A DNA stretch of 62,706 nucleotides, counting the filler. It is 4 parts of 4 records of this genome, joined end to end, with 100 filler letters (N's around TTAATTAATTAA, not from the genome) between each part and the next. Parts side by side here need not be neighbours in the genome. Positions count along the whole stretch, not along the records: positions 1 to 14,461 come from DRR723986_11667; 3 more parts are not named here. One strand, given 5' to 3'. Position 1 is the first letter of the stretch. Each line of letters opens with the position of its first letter. Below, piece after piece: positions 1 through 10,011 of the stretch. The translations under genes and the position numbers were made by a program. The notes beneath the pieces are model-generated. The model saw nothing but the letters and a program-made list of their open reading frames with translations. It made no database searches and was not told the DNA's origin.

Positions 1-1
1 C

Positions 2-64
2 ATGCTCGACCCAAGCGACCCCTGGCCGGGCGGCTACAAGCTCAGCGACACCTGGGGTGCGTGA
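2..64 (+). CDS. 3' end of a proline racemase family protein (trans-3-hydroxy-L-proline dehydratase-like), 5'-truncated
   Basis: Manual translation gives MLDPSDPWPGGYKLSDTWGA*, matching the DPxDPxxxGY C-terminal motif of the proline racemase/hydroxyproline epimerase-dehydratase family; not in the ORF track. Confidence 0.7.
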   Translation: MLDPSDPWPGGYKLSDTWGA

Positions 65-335
65 TTGTCGGGCTGAGGTGACGTAGAGAATGACTGGTCT
101 TGTTGGGGTGTTTCCCTAGCGGGACTTGTCATAAAAATCGATATGGCTCTACTGGCAAGCTTCCTTACGGCATTCGTCTATAAGGAAAAACGTCAAGTAA
201 ACTGAATTCCTCAACTCCATTCCTCTAAAGCGAATTTTGGAGGAAAGGAAAAATTATCAGTATCGGCCGGTTAAGACTTGTGAGTGGTGCAGGAAAGCAT
301 TTTAGTAGCGCCAAGACCTGAATATTTGCGAACGC

Positions 336-1196
336 ATGATTATGGACAAATTGGCGAAAAGAGGCGTTTGCCTCATTGGTTGCGGTTTCATGGGCAAGGC
401 TCTGGTGGAAGCCTGGCTGGCAAAGGGAATGCCTGCCGGTTCCATCTACGTGCGCGATCCCCGACCGTCCGGCTGGCTGCAAAGCCAGGCGGGCGTCAAC
501 ATCAACGAGCCTTTCCCGGCGTCTCCGGCCGCGATTGTCATCGCCACTCGTCCGCAGATCGTGGAGAAGGTTCTGGCGCCGCTCGGCTCCTTCGGTGGTG
601 GCGAAACGGTGATCCTGTCGATTGCGGCCAGCAAACCGATTTCGGTGCTGGAAAAGCAATTCCCGGATGGAACGCCAATCATTCGCGCGATGCCCAACCT
701 GCCGGCAACGGTCGGCTCTGCTGTCTCGACCTTTGTTGCCAACGAGGCGCTGACTGCCAGTCAGAAGGTGGAAGCCCTCAAGCTGATTGCCGCCTTCGGC
801 TCTGTTGTTGAATTGCCGGACGAAGACCTGCTACCGGTGGTTACTGCCTTGTCCGGTGCGGGGCCTGCCTATGTGTTTGCCATGGCCGAGGCCTTTGCCG
901 CGGCAGGGGCACGCCTTGGTCTGCCGGAGGACCTTGCTCATGAGTTGGCCGTGCGTACAGTGGCTGGCGCCGGGCGCATGCTTGCGCAGCCGGACGCGGA
1001 TGCGACCGGGTTCCGCGTCGCCGTGACGTCCAAAGGCGGCACGACCGAAGCAGGCATGCTGGAGTTCATGGCTGACGAGAACGGCATTCAGGATCTCGCC
1101 CGCCGCACGGTTGAAGCCGCTGCCGAGCGCTGCAAGGAACTGTCCGGACTGAAACCCGCCGAGCAGCCCAGGACCCTGCGGCTCGTCAGGGACTAG
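336..1196 (+). CDS. proC: pyrroline-5-carboxylate reductase
   Basis: GCGFMG Rossmann motif, SIAA, RAMPN, TALSGAGPAY and VTSKGGTT signatures. Confidence 0.93.
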   Translation: MIMDKLAKRGVCLIGCGFMGKALVEAWLAKGMPAGSIYVRDPRPSGWLQSQAGVNINEPFPASPAAIVIATRPQIVEKVLAPLGSFGGGETVILSIAASKPISVLEKQFPDGTPIIRAMPNLPATVGSAVSTFVANEALTASQKVEALKLIAAFGSVVELPDEDLLPVVTALSGAGPAYVFAMAEAFAAAGARLGLPEDLAHELAVRTVAGAGRMLAQPDADATGFRVAVTSKGGTTEAGMLEFMADENGIQDLARRTVEAAAERCKELSGLKPAEQPRTLRLVRD

Positions 1197-1238
1197 CGGC
1201 GAGTTCGAGCAGAACCCACCTGGCTCTTCTACAGGTCT

Positions 1239-2675
1239 CTAGGCCTTCAGAACCGAGGCTATATCCGAGGTTTGCAGCCGTTGGTAAGCGGATTTGACTG
1301 TGCTGCCAAAGGCCGCTGATCCTGGCAGGTCGTCGCCGAAAACCTCCGAGAGCGACAGCATCCTGTCGACATACGCATTGCCGTCCGTTTCCTGCACAAT
1401 GGTGCCAATCCTTGCGGACAGGGGGTCGTTCAACGGCAACGAGACGCCCGTTCTTGAAACACCGCGGCAATAGAGCATCCATGCGGCAACGGCGAGTGCC
1501 GATAGCGGCCAGGGGCTGTTGTCCTTCAGATGTTGCCGGATTGGGGCCAGCAGCCGTTGCGGCAGTTTCTGGCTGCCGTCAGAAGCGATCTGGGTGGTCT
1601 TGTGATGAAGCGCGGTGTTTTCAAACCGGGCAATCAGGGCTTCGGCATAGGCCTTGATATCGACACCGTCCGGCACGGCCAGCGTCGGGGCCTGTTCGTT
1701 CAGCATCAGGGCGAGGGCTGCCTGCCGGAAGGCCGGATCGGCCATGCAGTCGGCAATCGTTTCCTTGTCTGCCAGCGCCCCAAGATAGGCGAGAAACGAA
1801 TGGCTGCCGTTCAGCATCCGAAGTTTCATGTCTTCAAACGGCGCCACATCTTCAACGACTTCAGCACCTGCCAGATGCCAGTCCGGACGTGGGCCGGCAA
1901 ACCGGTCTTCAATTACCCACTGACGGAAGGTCTCGCACAGGATACCGTTCCGGTCAGCGTGACCTAGTGCGTTCTCAAGCGTTGCGAACGAACTGTCGGT
2001 CATTGCCGGTGTGATGCGGTCGACCATGGAGCAGGGGAAAGTGCAATTGCCTTCGATCCATTCTGCCAACTCCGGGTTGAGCCGCGCGGCGAAATCCAGG
2101 ACCGCACGGCGGCACAGCTCGCCGTTGGCGGGAAGATTGTCGCACGACAGGATCGTCAAACCGGCGAGACCGGCTGCCTGCCGCCGCCTGAGGCCTTCCA
2201 CCAGCACGCCGATGGCCGTGGAAGGGGCATCTGGCGTTGCAAGGTCTCGCCGGATTCCGGCGTTGTCTTCATCCAGCCTGCCGTCCTTCAGGCAATACCC
2301 TTTCTCGGTGATTGTCAGTGTGATCACGGCGAGATCCGGATCGGCGATCCGGTTCGGCAAGGCGTCGACGCCATCACGCTTGGGGTGAACCGTCGCACAG
2401 ACTGCGCCGACCTGGCACAACGAGAGGTCGTCACCGGACATCTCGCCGACAGTGAAAAGTCCGTCCGCCTCGTCAAGACCGGTGAGTTCGTCCGCACCGG
2501 AGTTGAGCCGGGCAACTGCGACACCCCAGTCGCTTTTCGTTCGGCGTAGCATCTCGTCGTGAAACACCAGAACATGCGCCTTGGCAAAGGCGCCGAACCC
2601 GATGTGCAGCAGTCGGATGCGCAGCTTTGTCCGGTCGTAGTCGACCGATTCAACCAAGTGACTGACGCTGCTCAT
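1239..2675 (-). CDS. uxuB: D-mannonate oxidoreductase / fructuronate reductase (mannitol dehydrogenase family)
   Basis: HIGFGAF, TITEKGY, SCDN, FPCSMVDRITP, KLRMLNGSH and DGSQKLPQR motifs; start moved to ATG 2675, which overlaps the GH31 stop (ATGA). Confidence 0.88.
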   Translation of the reverse strand: MSSVSHLVESVDYDRTKLRIRLLHIGFGAFAKAHVLVFHDEMLRRTKSDWGVAVARLNSGADELTGLDEADGLFTVGEMSGDDLSLCQVGAVCATVHPKRDGVDALPNRIADPDLAVITLTITEKGYCLKDGRLDEDNAGIRRDLATPDAPSTAIGVLVEGLRRRQAAGLAGLTILSCDNLPANGELCRRAVLDFAARLNPELAEWIEGNCTFPCSMVDRITPAMTDSSFATLENALGHADRNGILCETFRQWVIEDRFAGPRPDWHLAGAEVVEDVAPFEDMKLRMLNGSHSFLAYLGALADKETIADCMADPAFRQAALALMLNEQAPTLAVPDGVDIKAYAEALIARFENTALHHKTTQIASDGSQKLPQRLLAPIRQHLKDNSPWPLSALAVAAWMLYCRGVSRTGVSLPLNDPLSARIGTIVQETDGNAYVDRMLSLSEVFGDDLPGSAAFGSTVKSAYQRLQTSDIASVLKA

Positions 2676-5062
2676 GACTGGCTCACCGTGAAGTCGATTG
2701 TTTCGCCCGTTCTCCGCTCGGTCCCGTTGACGGCCAAGGTGCCGGCACCGGCCAGCCAAAGGGTGACCTTGTCGAAAGCGGGTTGCCAGTTGCCGGATCT
2801 CTGCCAATCCAGATGGACTGTTTCACCTGTTCGGGAGAGGCAAAGCCGGGTCAAACAGCTCTCGCCAGCCAGTGCGTATACCGTGTCACCGTCATCGTCA
2901 TAAAACTGCGAGTGCCTGTCCGGTGTTCCTTCCGGCTGTGGGTAGATACGCCACGTGCGCAAGGTGTCGGAAGACGGTGTCGACCTCAGGTTTTCGGCTG
3001 CCATCGGCAGCACCGTACCGCCTCGAACGAACAGCGGAATGGTATCAAGAGCCACCGGAACGTCGATCATCTGGCCGCCTTCATGCCAGTTGCTGCCGTC
3101 AAAGGCCCACCAGCCTTCTTCGTTGGCAGGCAGCGTGACCCGCCGCGACGTTGCGCCTTCCTCGACCACTGTCGCGACCAGAAGATCCCGGCCCAGCAGG
3201 AAGTCGAATTCAGCCTCCCGGCAGGCAGGGTCGTTCGGATAATCCAGGAACAGAGGCCGCAGCATCGGCTCGCCTTCGGTCACGGCACGGTGCAGCAGGC
3301 CGTAAAGATAAGGGATCAGCTGAGCCCGGAACTTCAGCGCGTTGCGTACGAGCGGCGTTATTTCCGGATACATCCAGGCTTCGTTGGCGGTGCCGTCGTC
3401 GTTCCAGGAATGGATCGTGAAACGCGGATGGAAAATGCCGTTCTGTACCCAGCGCAGGAACAGCTCCGGCTCCGGCCGCGGGCCGGCAAAGCCGCCGACA
3501 TCGTGGCCGATGTTGTAGAAGCCGGAGAGGCTGAGGCCGAGGCCCATCGGAATGTTCCAGCGCAGCGTGTCCCAGCTGGTGAAATTGTCGCCTGTCCAGG
3601 TCTGGGCATAGCGTTGCGTGCCGGGGCAGGCGCAGCGGGAAATCAGGTAGGGCCGCTTTTGGGGCTGATCGGCGACCTGCGCTTCATAGGACGCGCGCGT
3701 CATCAACTGGCTGTGCAGCGGCCGGATCAGATTAACCGGGATCGGCTTGCCGAAACCGGCGCAGACGGCCTCATCGTCCCATACTTCATATTCGTTGTTG
3801 TCGTTCCAGGTGCAGGCAATGCCTTTGGAAAAGAGCTTTTCCTTCAGGTTTTGTTGCCACCAGGCGACAGTGTCCGCGTTGGTGAAATCAAGGTGGGAGC
3901 CGTAACCGTCCCAGAACGGCGATTGCTCGGGTGCCCCGGTTTCGCTGTCACGAATGAACAGACCGGCCTCCGCGACCTCCCCGAACATCGGGTGGTCGTC
4001 CAGCAGCACCGGCTTGATATTGGCGATGAGGTTGATGCCGGCCTCGGCATAGGCCCGGGTCATGGTCTCGACATCGGGGAAGCGGTCGGTGTTCCAATGG
4101 AACACGTAGCGCTTGCCCTTGATGGCTGTATAGCCCGACGACATCTGGAAACTGTCGCATGGCATGTCTTCTTCCGACAGCTTGCCAAGGAACTCCATCA
4201 GCCGTTCCTGTGCATTTTCGGAATCGGTATAGGCCATGGTCGAGCCGGAATACCCAAGCCCCCACCGCGGCATGAAGGCGGTGCCGCCTGTCAGCCCGTG
4301 ATGCTGCTTGACGATATCCAGAACGCTCGGTGCCCAGCTGAAGTAATAGTCAAGGTCACCATCGGCAGCGCGGAAGGCGCGGAAAGGCAGGTGGTAGTTG
4401 TCTTTCTCGTTGCCGAGGTCGAACCAGCAGGGAGCCAGCGTGTCGTAGTAGAGCCCGACTGCGCCGAGCCGGCCCTTGTCGGTGATGGTGAAGGGAATGT
4501 GCTTGTAGAGCGGGTCTGTGGTTTGCGCGTCGTAGCCCATGGCATCGAGGTTGCGCATCTCGAAGCGCCTGCCGGTGCGCTCCAGGCCACCGGCCTTTTC
4601 GCCGAGACCGTAGTATCGCTCATCCGGGTTTCGCCGCATGAAATGATGATTGCGATGGTCGCGACGCCCGATCATGTAGGCGTCCTGGGTCCGGTCGCGG
4701 GCGATCTCCTGCCAGGGTTCGCCGGCAGCAGGCCGGCTTTCCCAGACGAAGGCAAGCGGGGTATTGATGGTCAGGCGCAGGTTTTCCGTTTCCAGGACAA
4801 GCCTGCCGTCCTGCTCTTCCAGCATGAAGTCGGGGCAGGAAAAGCCTGCGAGGTCGTCCCGCGTACGGCCGTCGAACGGCACGTCGCCTTCCGGTGCGAT
4901 GGCCCAGGTCCGGTCCAGACGATAGGTCCCGTCCTTCAGCAGAACAACACGGATGAGCGCATTTTCGAGAACCTTGACCACCAGGCGGTGCCGGTTCTCG
5001 ACTTCAAGTGCGATCCCGGCGCTGGAGCGGCCCAGGTAACGCCAGTTTATGAGGGCTTTCAT
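2672..5062 (-). CDS. glycoside hydrolase family 31 (alpha-glycosidase)
   Basis: YGLGEK, DPLYKHIPF, nucleophile WNDNNE, acid/base WTGDN, GHDVGGFAG; start taken at ATG 5062 just after dctM. Confidence 0.9.
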   Translation of the reverse strand: MKALINWRYLGRSSAGIALEVENRHRLVVKVLENALIRVVLLKDGTYRLDRTWAIAPEGDVPFDGRTRDDLAGFSCPDFMLEEQDGRLVLETENLRLTINTPLAFVWESRPAAGEPWQEIARDRTQDAYMIGRRDHRNHHFMRRNPDERYYGLGEKAGGLERTGRRFEMRNLDAMGYDAQTTDPLYKHIPFTITDKGRLGAVGLYYDTLAPCWFDLGNEKDNYHLPFRAFRAADGDLDYYFSWAPSVLDIVKQHHGLTGGTAFMPRWGLGYSGSTMAYTDSENAQERLMEFLGKLSEEDMPCDSFQMSSGYTAIKGKRYVFHWNTDRFPDVETMTRAYAEAGINLIANIKPVLLDDHPMFGEVAEAGLFIRDSETGAPEQSPFWDGYGSHLDFTNADTVAWWQQNLKEKLFSKGIACTWNDNNEYEVWDDEAVCAGFGKPIPVNLIRPLHSQLMTRASYEAQVADQPQKRPYLISRCACPGTQRYAQTWTGDNFTSWDTLRWNIPMGLGLSLSGFYNIGHDVGGFAGPRPEPELFLRWVQNGIFHPRFTIHSWNDDGTANEAWMYPEITPLVRNALKFRAQLIPYLYGLLHRAVTEGEPMLRPLFLDYPNDPACREAEFDFLLGRDLLVATVVEEGATSRRVTLPANEEGWWAFDGSNWHEGGQMIDVPVALDTIPLFVRGGTVLPMAAENLRSTPSSDTLRTWRIYPQPEGTPDRHSQFYDDDGDTVYALAGESCLTRLCLSRTGETVHLDWQRSGNWQPAFDKVTLWLAGAGTLAVNGTERRTGETIDFTVSQS

Positions 5063-5070
5063 GACAGATC

Positions 5071-6372
5071 CTAGTAGCCGAGGAGAACGCGCGGCAGGAA
5101 CAGGCTGAGGGCAGGTACGTAAGTGACCAGCAGCAGGAGAGCGACCAGAACCGCGTAGAAGCCGAGCATGGGTCTGAGTACCTGGCCGATCTTCACCCCG
5201 CCGACCGAGCAGCCGACAAAGAGTGCCGACCCCACTGGCGGTGTACAGATGCCGATACACAGGTTGAAGGTCATGACGACGCCGAAATGCACCGGGTCCA
5301 TGCCGAGATCTTCCACCACCGGCAGGAAGATGGGGGTGAAGATCAGCAATGCGGGCGTCATGTCCATGAAGGTGCCGACCACAAGCAGCGCCAGGTTGAT
5401 GATCAGCAGCAGGACGAGCGGATTTTCAGAAAGGCTCAGCAGCGTATCGGAGATCGAATAGGGGATATCCGCAAAGGCCATCGCTTTCGACATGGCGATG
5501 GAACAGCCGATCATCAGCAGCACGATGGACGTTGTCACCGCGCTTTCCAGGATGATGCCTGGAAGTTCGCGCGGCGAGATTTCCCTGTACCAGATCACGC
5601 CCAGGAAGAGCGTATAGACAACAGCAACGGCTGAAGCTTCGGTTGCGGTGAAGATGCCGCCGATGATGCCGCCCATGACGATCACGATCAGGCCAAGCGG
5701 CAGCATGGCGTCCAGCGTCTTGGCGATAACTTCCTGGCCACTGGGCCGTTCGGCAACCGGATATCCCCTGCGCTTGGCAATGATGCCGGCGACAACCATC
5801 AAGCTGAGCCCCATCAGGATGCCCGGAATGTATCCGGCAACGAACAGGGCCGCGATGGAGGTGCCGTTGGTAATCAGCGAATAGACGATGAAGGTTGCGC
5901 TCGGCGGGATCAAAAGGCCTGTCGGGCAGGAGGCGATGTTGACCGCCGCGCTGAACGCCGGATCGTAGCCTTCCTTCTTCTGAAGCGGAGACATCACGCC
6001 GCCGACAGCGGCGGCCGAGGCAACGGCGGAGCCCGAGATGGAGCCGAACATCATGTTGGCGATGACGTTGCAGTGGGCAAGCGCGCCGGGCAGGCGGCCG
6101 GCCAGAACCTTGGCGAACTCGATCAGGCGCATGGCGATGCCGCCCCGGTTCATGATGTTGCCCGCCAGAATGAAGAACGGAATGGCCAGCAGGGTGAAGC
6201 TGTCGAGACCGGAGGCGACCTGCTGCGCGACGATATAGACCGACTGGTCGAACGACATGAACAGCAGGAAAGTGGCGAAAGCTGCAAGACCGATGGCGAA
6301 GGCGATCGGTACGCCCAGGATCATCAGAAAGGCGAATGTCCCGAACAGGACGAGGACAGATTGGATATCCAT
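5071..6372 (-). CDS. TRAP transporter large permease (DctM)
   Basis: Highly hydrophobic; LLAIPFFILAG, FGSISGSAVA, LIPPS, TPPVG motifs. Confidence 0.95.
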   Translation of the reverse strand: MDIQSVLVLFGTFAFLMILGVPIAFAIGLAAFATFLLFMSFDQSVYIVAQQVASGLDSFTLLAIPFFILAGNIMNRGGIAMRLIEFAKVLAGRLPGALAHCNVIANMMFGSISGSAVASAAAVGGVMSPLQKKEGYDPAFSAAVNIASCPTGLLIPPSATFIVYSLITNGTSIAALFVAGYIPGILMGLSLMVVAGIIAKRRGYPVAERPSGQEVIAKTLDAMLPLGLIVIVMGGIIGGIFTATEASAVAVVYTLFLGVIWYREISPRELPGIILESAVTTSIVLLMIGCSIAMSKAMAFADIPYSISDTLLSLSENPLVLLLIINLALLVVGTFMDMTPALLIFTPIFLPVVEDLGMDPVHFGVVMTFNLCIGICTPPVGSALFVGCSVGGVKIGQVLRPMLGFYAVLVALLLLVTYVPALSLFLPRVLLGY

Positions 6373-6397
6373 GAAGTTACTCGTTCCCGGTCAGGTT

Positions 6398-6922
6398 TCA
6401 GTCCAGAGGGCCGCCGACGCTGGCGGTGCCTTCCTGCTCGTTCGGGCCGCGGCCAGTGCGAAAGAGGTCGGCCAGAAATGTCAGGCAGTAGTAGAGAATG
6501 CAGAGCCCGGAGAACGGGATCGCGATATAGACGAGGCCCATGGGCAGGCGTAGCGCCGGGGATACCTGTTGGGTTTCCAGCGTCCGGCTGACCAGGTCGA
6601 GCCCGCCGTAGACCATCACGACCCCTGCAAAGAGTGCGATGGCGGCAATGATGCCGACATTGACAAGAAGGCGCAGGATGCCGGTGGTGATGACGGGCAG
6701 CAGGTCGATGGCAAGGTGTCGTCGCTGGCCGAAGGTGTAAGCCCCGCCCAGCAGAGCAACCCAGATGAACAGGAAACGGGCCATTTCATCTGTCACCGTG
6801 CTCGGGCTTTGCAGCACGTAGCGCGAGACGACCTGCCAGACGACACAGGCAACCAGGACGGCGAAGGCGATGGTGATGACGAGACGCAGGACCATGTCCA
6901 CGCCTCTGGTGATGACTGTCAC
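6398..6922 (-). CDS. TRAP transporter small permease (DctQ)
   Basis: QVVSRY, DEMARFLFIW, HLAID; GTG 6922 preceded by a GGGAGG RBS. Confidence 0.92.
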   Translation of the reverse strand: MTVITRGVDMVLRLVITIAFAVLVACVVWQVVSRYVLQSPSTVTDEMARFLFIWVALLGGAYTFGQRRHLAIDLLPVITTGILRLLVNVGIIAAIALFAGVVMVYGGLDLVSRTLETQQVSPALRLPMGLVYIAIPFSGLCILYYCLTFLADLFRTGRGPNEQEGTASVGGPLD

Positions 6923-7008
6923 GATATTCCTCCCGCGCAGGCCTCGTTCTTGCCGCGGCAACAGGCGCGGCGTGGGCTCCGACACTTTAAGACATGCGTC
7001 AGGAAATT

Positions 7009-7026
7009 AAATTGGTCAACCAATTT
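7009..7026. promoter_or_regulatory. UxuR/ExuR-type (FadR/GntR) operator palindrome
   Basis: AAATTGGT-CA-ACCAATTT, identical to the hexuronate repressor consensus AAATTGGTnnACCAATTT, lying between the divergent dctQ and dctP. Confidence 0.85.
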
Positions 7027-7037
7027 TCCAAAAAAGG

Positions 7038-7069
7038 TTGACTGATTTTGAAAATTGGACGAACAATTC
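7038..7069 (+). promoter_or_regulatory. putative sigma70 promoter of the dctP-uidA-regulator-uxuA operon, overlapped by a weaker second operator
   Basis: TTGACT at 7038-7043; degenerate operator AAATTGGACGAACAATTC at 7052-7069 covering the -10 region. Confidence 0.55.
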
Positions 7070-7169
7070 CTCATCCGCGGCGGTCTGGCCTTGCAAGTCC
7101 CGCGGCCAACCGATCCGTTCCGGCACGGAACGCAAGTCCTGCGGCCAAGGCTGCAATTGGGAGGAAATC

Positions 7170-8150
7170 ATGTCGAAATTCGTTAAGCTGGCGGCTGTTC
7201 TTGCCGCGGGCGTCGTCGCTCTGGGTTCTGCCGCCAGCGCCAAGACGCTGCGCCTCAACCACAACAACCCGGAAGACCATCCGCTGCACAAGTCGATGCA
7301 GTTCATGGCCGAGCGCGTTGAAGAGCTGACAGACGGTGATCTGAAAATCCGCATCTATGCCAATGCCCAGCTTGGCACCCAGCGTGAATCCATGGAGCTG
7401 ATGCAGAACGGTTCCCTGGACATGGCCCGTTCCAACGCATCCGAGCTGGAGGCCTTCGAGGAATCCTACGGTGCGCTCAACCTGCCCTACATCTTCGTCA
7501 GTGCCGACCACTACTACGACGTTCTGACCAATGACATCGGTGCGGACATTCTTGCCTCGTCCGAGGACAAGGGCTTCATCGGCCTTGCCTATTACATCGA
7601 GGGCGCACGTTCCTTCTACGCCAACAAGGCGATCCATTCCCCGGCCGACCTGAAAGGCATGAAGATCCGCGTTCAGCCGAGCCCGTCCGCCATTCGCATG
7701 GTTGAGCTGCTCGGTGCCAACCCGACCCCGATTGCCTGGGGCGAGCTTTACAGCGCCCTGCAGCAGGGTGTTGTCGATGGCGCTGAAAACAACCCGATCG
7801 CGCTTACGTCCGCCCGTCACGGCGAGGTTTCCAAGTTCTATTCCGACGACGGCCACACCATGATCCCGTCCGTCGTGATGATTTCCACCAGCTCCTGGAA
7901 CGATCTGACCGACGAGCAGAAGGAAGCCATGCGCACGGCCGCACGTGAATCCATGGATTTCCACCGCGAGCAGTGGGATGCCATGAGTGCGGAAGCGGTC
8001 GAGACCGCGAAGAGCGAACTCGGCGTGGAATTCGTCGAAGTGGAAAAGGGCCCGTTCATCGAAGCGGTCCTGCCGATGCATGAGGAAGCGGCGGCCAAGT
8101 CTCCGGTCGTTGCCGACCTGATCAAGCGCATCAAGGCAGCTGCGCAATAA
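7170..8150 (+). CDS. TRAP solute-binding protein (DctP family)
   Basis: Signal peptide ending AASA, NAQLG, DLKGMKIRVQ, ELYSALQQGVVDGAENN; ATG 7170 with GGAGG RBS. Confidence 0.95.
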   Translation: MSKFVKLAAVLAAGVVALGSAASAKTLRLNHNNPEDHPLHKSMQFMAERVEELTDGDLKIRIYANAQLGTQRESMELMQNGSLDMARSNASELEAFEESYGALNLPYIFVSADHYYDVLTNDIGADILASSEDKGFIGLAYYIEGARSFYANKAIHSPADLKGMKIRVQPSPSAIRMVELLGANPTPIAWGELYSALQQGVVDGAENNPIALTSARHGEVSKFYSDDGHTMIPSVVMISTSSWNDLTDEQKEAMRTAARESMDFHREQWDAMSAEAVETAKSELGVEFVEVEKGPFIEAVLPMHEEAAAKSPVVADLIKRIKAAAQ

Positions 8151-8190
8151 CATCTGAAAACACCTGAAAGTCCCGCCGGAGACCTGACCG

Positions 8191-10011
8191 ATGCTCGAAC
8201 GCTCCCATCTCGCCGACAACGCCTTGCAGGCGCTGCATGACGAAGACTATGACGTGCCCTTCAACACGCAGTCCTTGTGTCATGACGGCCTGATCTTCAT
8301 GGGTGGGCGGGCATCGGAAAGCCTTGATGGCGACTGGACTTTCTGTGTCGATCTGCTCGACACCGGCCTCCGGCAGAAATGGTTTGCCATGCTGCCGGAG
8401 GCGCCGGAAAACCGCACTGAACCCTGGGACTATGATCCCTACATGGGGGAAACGGTGCCGGTTCCATCCAACTGGGCGATGATGAAGGAGAAGTGGTACT
8501 TCTTCGAAGGCAGCGCCTGGTACACGCGGGCTCTCGACATCGAGACGGTGGACAGTTCCAAGCGCCAGTTTCTGAGGTTCGGTGCCGCGAGCTACGACTG
8601 CAAGATCTTCCTGAACGGCGAGTTCCTTGGCAACCACTACGGTGCCTCGACACCTTTCTGCGTCGAGCTGACGGGCAAACTGAAGACCGGCCGCAACTGG
8701 ATCATGGCCTGCGTCAACAACATCCGGACACGCGACCGGGTGCCGATGCGCAATACCGACTGGTTCAACTACGGTGGTCTCTATCGGGAAGTGGCATTCT
8801 TCGAAACACCGAAGACCCTTATCAAGGACTTCTTTCTCTACCTTGTGCCGGACGGCACATATTCCACGCTGCGGGTCGAAGTCACCGTCGACGGTGTGCC
8901 GGCAGGTGCTGTGACGCTTTCCATTCCCGGGCTTGGCATTGAAAAAGAAATAGTTCTGGATGCGGACGGCAAGGGAACGCTCGACATTTCAGCCCGGCCG
9001 CAACTATGGAGCCCGGAAGCACCCGTCCTTTATGATGTCAGCGTCACCTGCGGCGAAGACCGTGTGTGCGACCGGATCGGTTTTCGCCAGATCGAGCGCC
9101 GCGGCACGGATATTCTGCTGAACGGGGCACCACTGTTCCTTCGGGGGATTTCCGTCCACGAGGACGATGCACTCCTCGGCAAGGTGACAAATGAGGATGA
9201 TTTGCGCCGCCGCTTTGCCCATGCGCGCGAACTGGGCTGCAACTATCTGCGTCTTGCACATTATCCGCATCACGAACGGGCGGCTCAGATTGCTGATGAA
9301 CTCGGCTTTTTGCTATGGGAGGAAATCCCGGTCTACTGGGCCATCGATTTTGCCAATCCGGCGACCTATCGCGATGCTGAAAACCAGTTGTCGGAACTGA
9401 TCAAGCGGGATCGCAACCGGGCAAGTGTCGTCATCTGGTCCGTCGGAAACGAGAATCCTGACACGGATGCCCGGCTTACCTTCATGAAAGGCCTTGCCGA
9501 AACCTGCAAACGTCTCGACCCGACCCGGCTGACTTCCGCAGCCTGTCTGGTGAACCATGCCCGGAACCGGATCGAGGACAGGCTCGCGGCGCATATCGAT
9601 ATCATCGGCCTCAACGAATATTACGGCTGGTATGAAGAGAATTTCGATGACCTTGCCGCGATCGGGGAGAACTCGGACCCGGACCGTCCGGTGGTGATTT
9701 CGGAAACGGGCGCTGACGGCGTTATAGGTGAGAAAGGTCCGAAGTCTGGCCTCTTCAGCGAAGATTACATGGCCGAAGTCTACACCAGGCAGATCGCAAC
9801 TCTGCGCGAACTTGGATATATCAAAGGCATGTCGCCGTGGATACTTTACGATTTTCGTGTTGAACGGCGCCAAAATATTTTCCAGAACGGCTATAACCAC
9901 AAGGGGCTGATTGCCGCCGACAAGAAAACCAAGAAAAAAGCATTCCATATCCTGGCCGACTATTATCGCGAGATTGCAGCTGCCGGGGAGGGTGCGAGGA
10001 AGGCCTCATGA
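8191..10011 (+). CDS. uidA: beta-glucuronidase (GH2)
   Basis: DWFNYGGLYR, RLAHYPH, acid/base WSVGNE, NEYYGWY, nucleophile ISETG and the GUS-specific NxKG motif (NHKG). Confidence 0.88.
   Translation: MLERSHLADNALQALHDEDYDVPFNTQSLCHDGLIFMGGRASESLDGDWTFCVDLLDTGLRQKWFAMLPEAPENRTEPWDYDPYMGETVPVPSNWAMMKEKWYFFEGSAWYTRALDIETVDSSKRQFLRFGAASYDCKIFLNGEFLGNHYGASTPFCVELTGKLKTGRNWIMACVNNIRTRDRVPMRNTDWFNYGGLYREVAFFETPKTLIKDFFLYLVPDGTYSTLRVEVTVDGVPAGAVTLSIPGLGIEKEIVLDADGKGTLDISARPQLWSPEAPVLYDVSVTCGEDRVCDRIGFRQIERRGTDILLNGAPLFLRGISVHEDDALLGKVTNEDDLRRRFAHARELGCNYLRLAHYPHHERAAQIADELGFLLWEEIPVYWAIDFANPATYRDAENQLSELIKRDRNRASVVIWSVGNENPDTDARLTFMKGLAETCKRLDPTRLTSAACLVNHARNRIEDRLAAHIDIIGLNEYYGWYEENFDDLAAIGENSDPDRPVVISETGADGVIGEKGPKSGLFSEDYMAEVYTRQIATLRELGYIKGMSPWILYDFRVERRQNIFQNGYNHKGLIAADKKTKKKAFHILADYYREIAAAGEGARKAS

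Noticed and set aside
2783-5074. 763-aa plus-strand ORF, and similar long antisense ORFs at 7071-8219, 9963-11528, 13008-14282, 40859-41950, 46983-47993 and 61661-62470
   Set aside because: Shadow frames opposite well-supported genes in GC-biased coding DNA; no motifs or RBS
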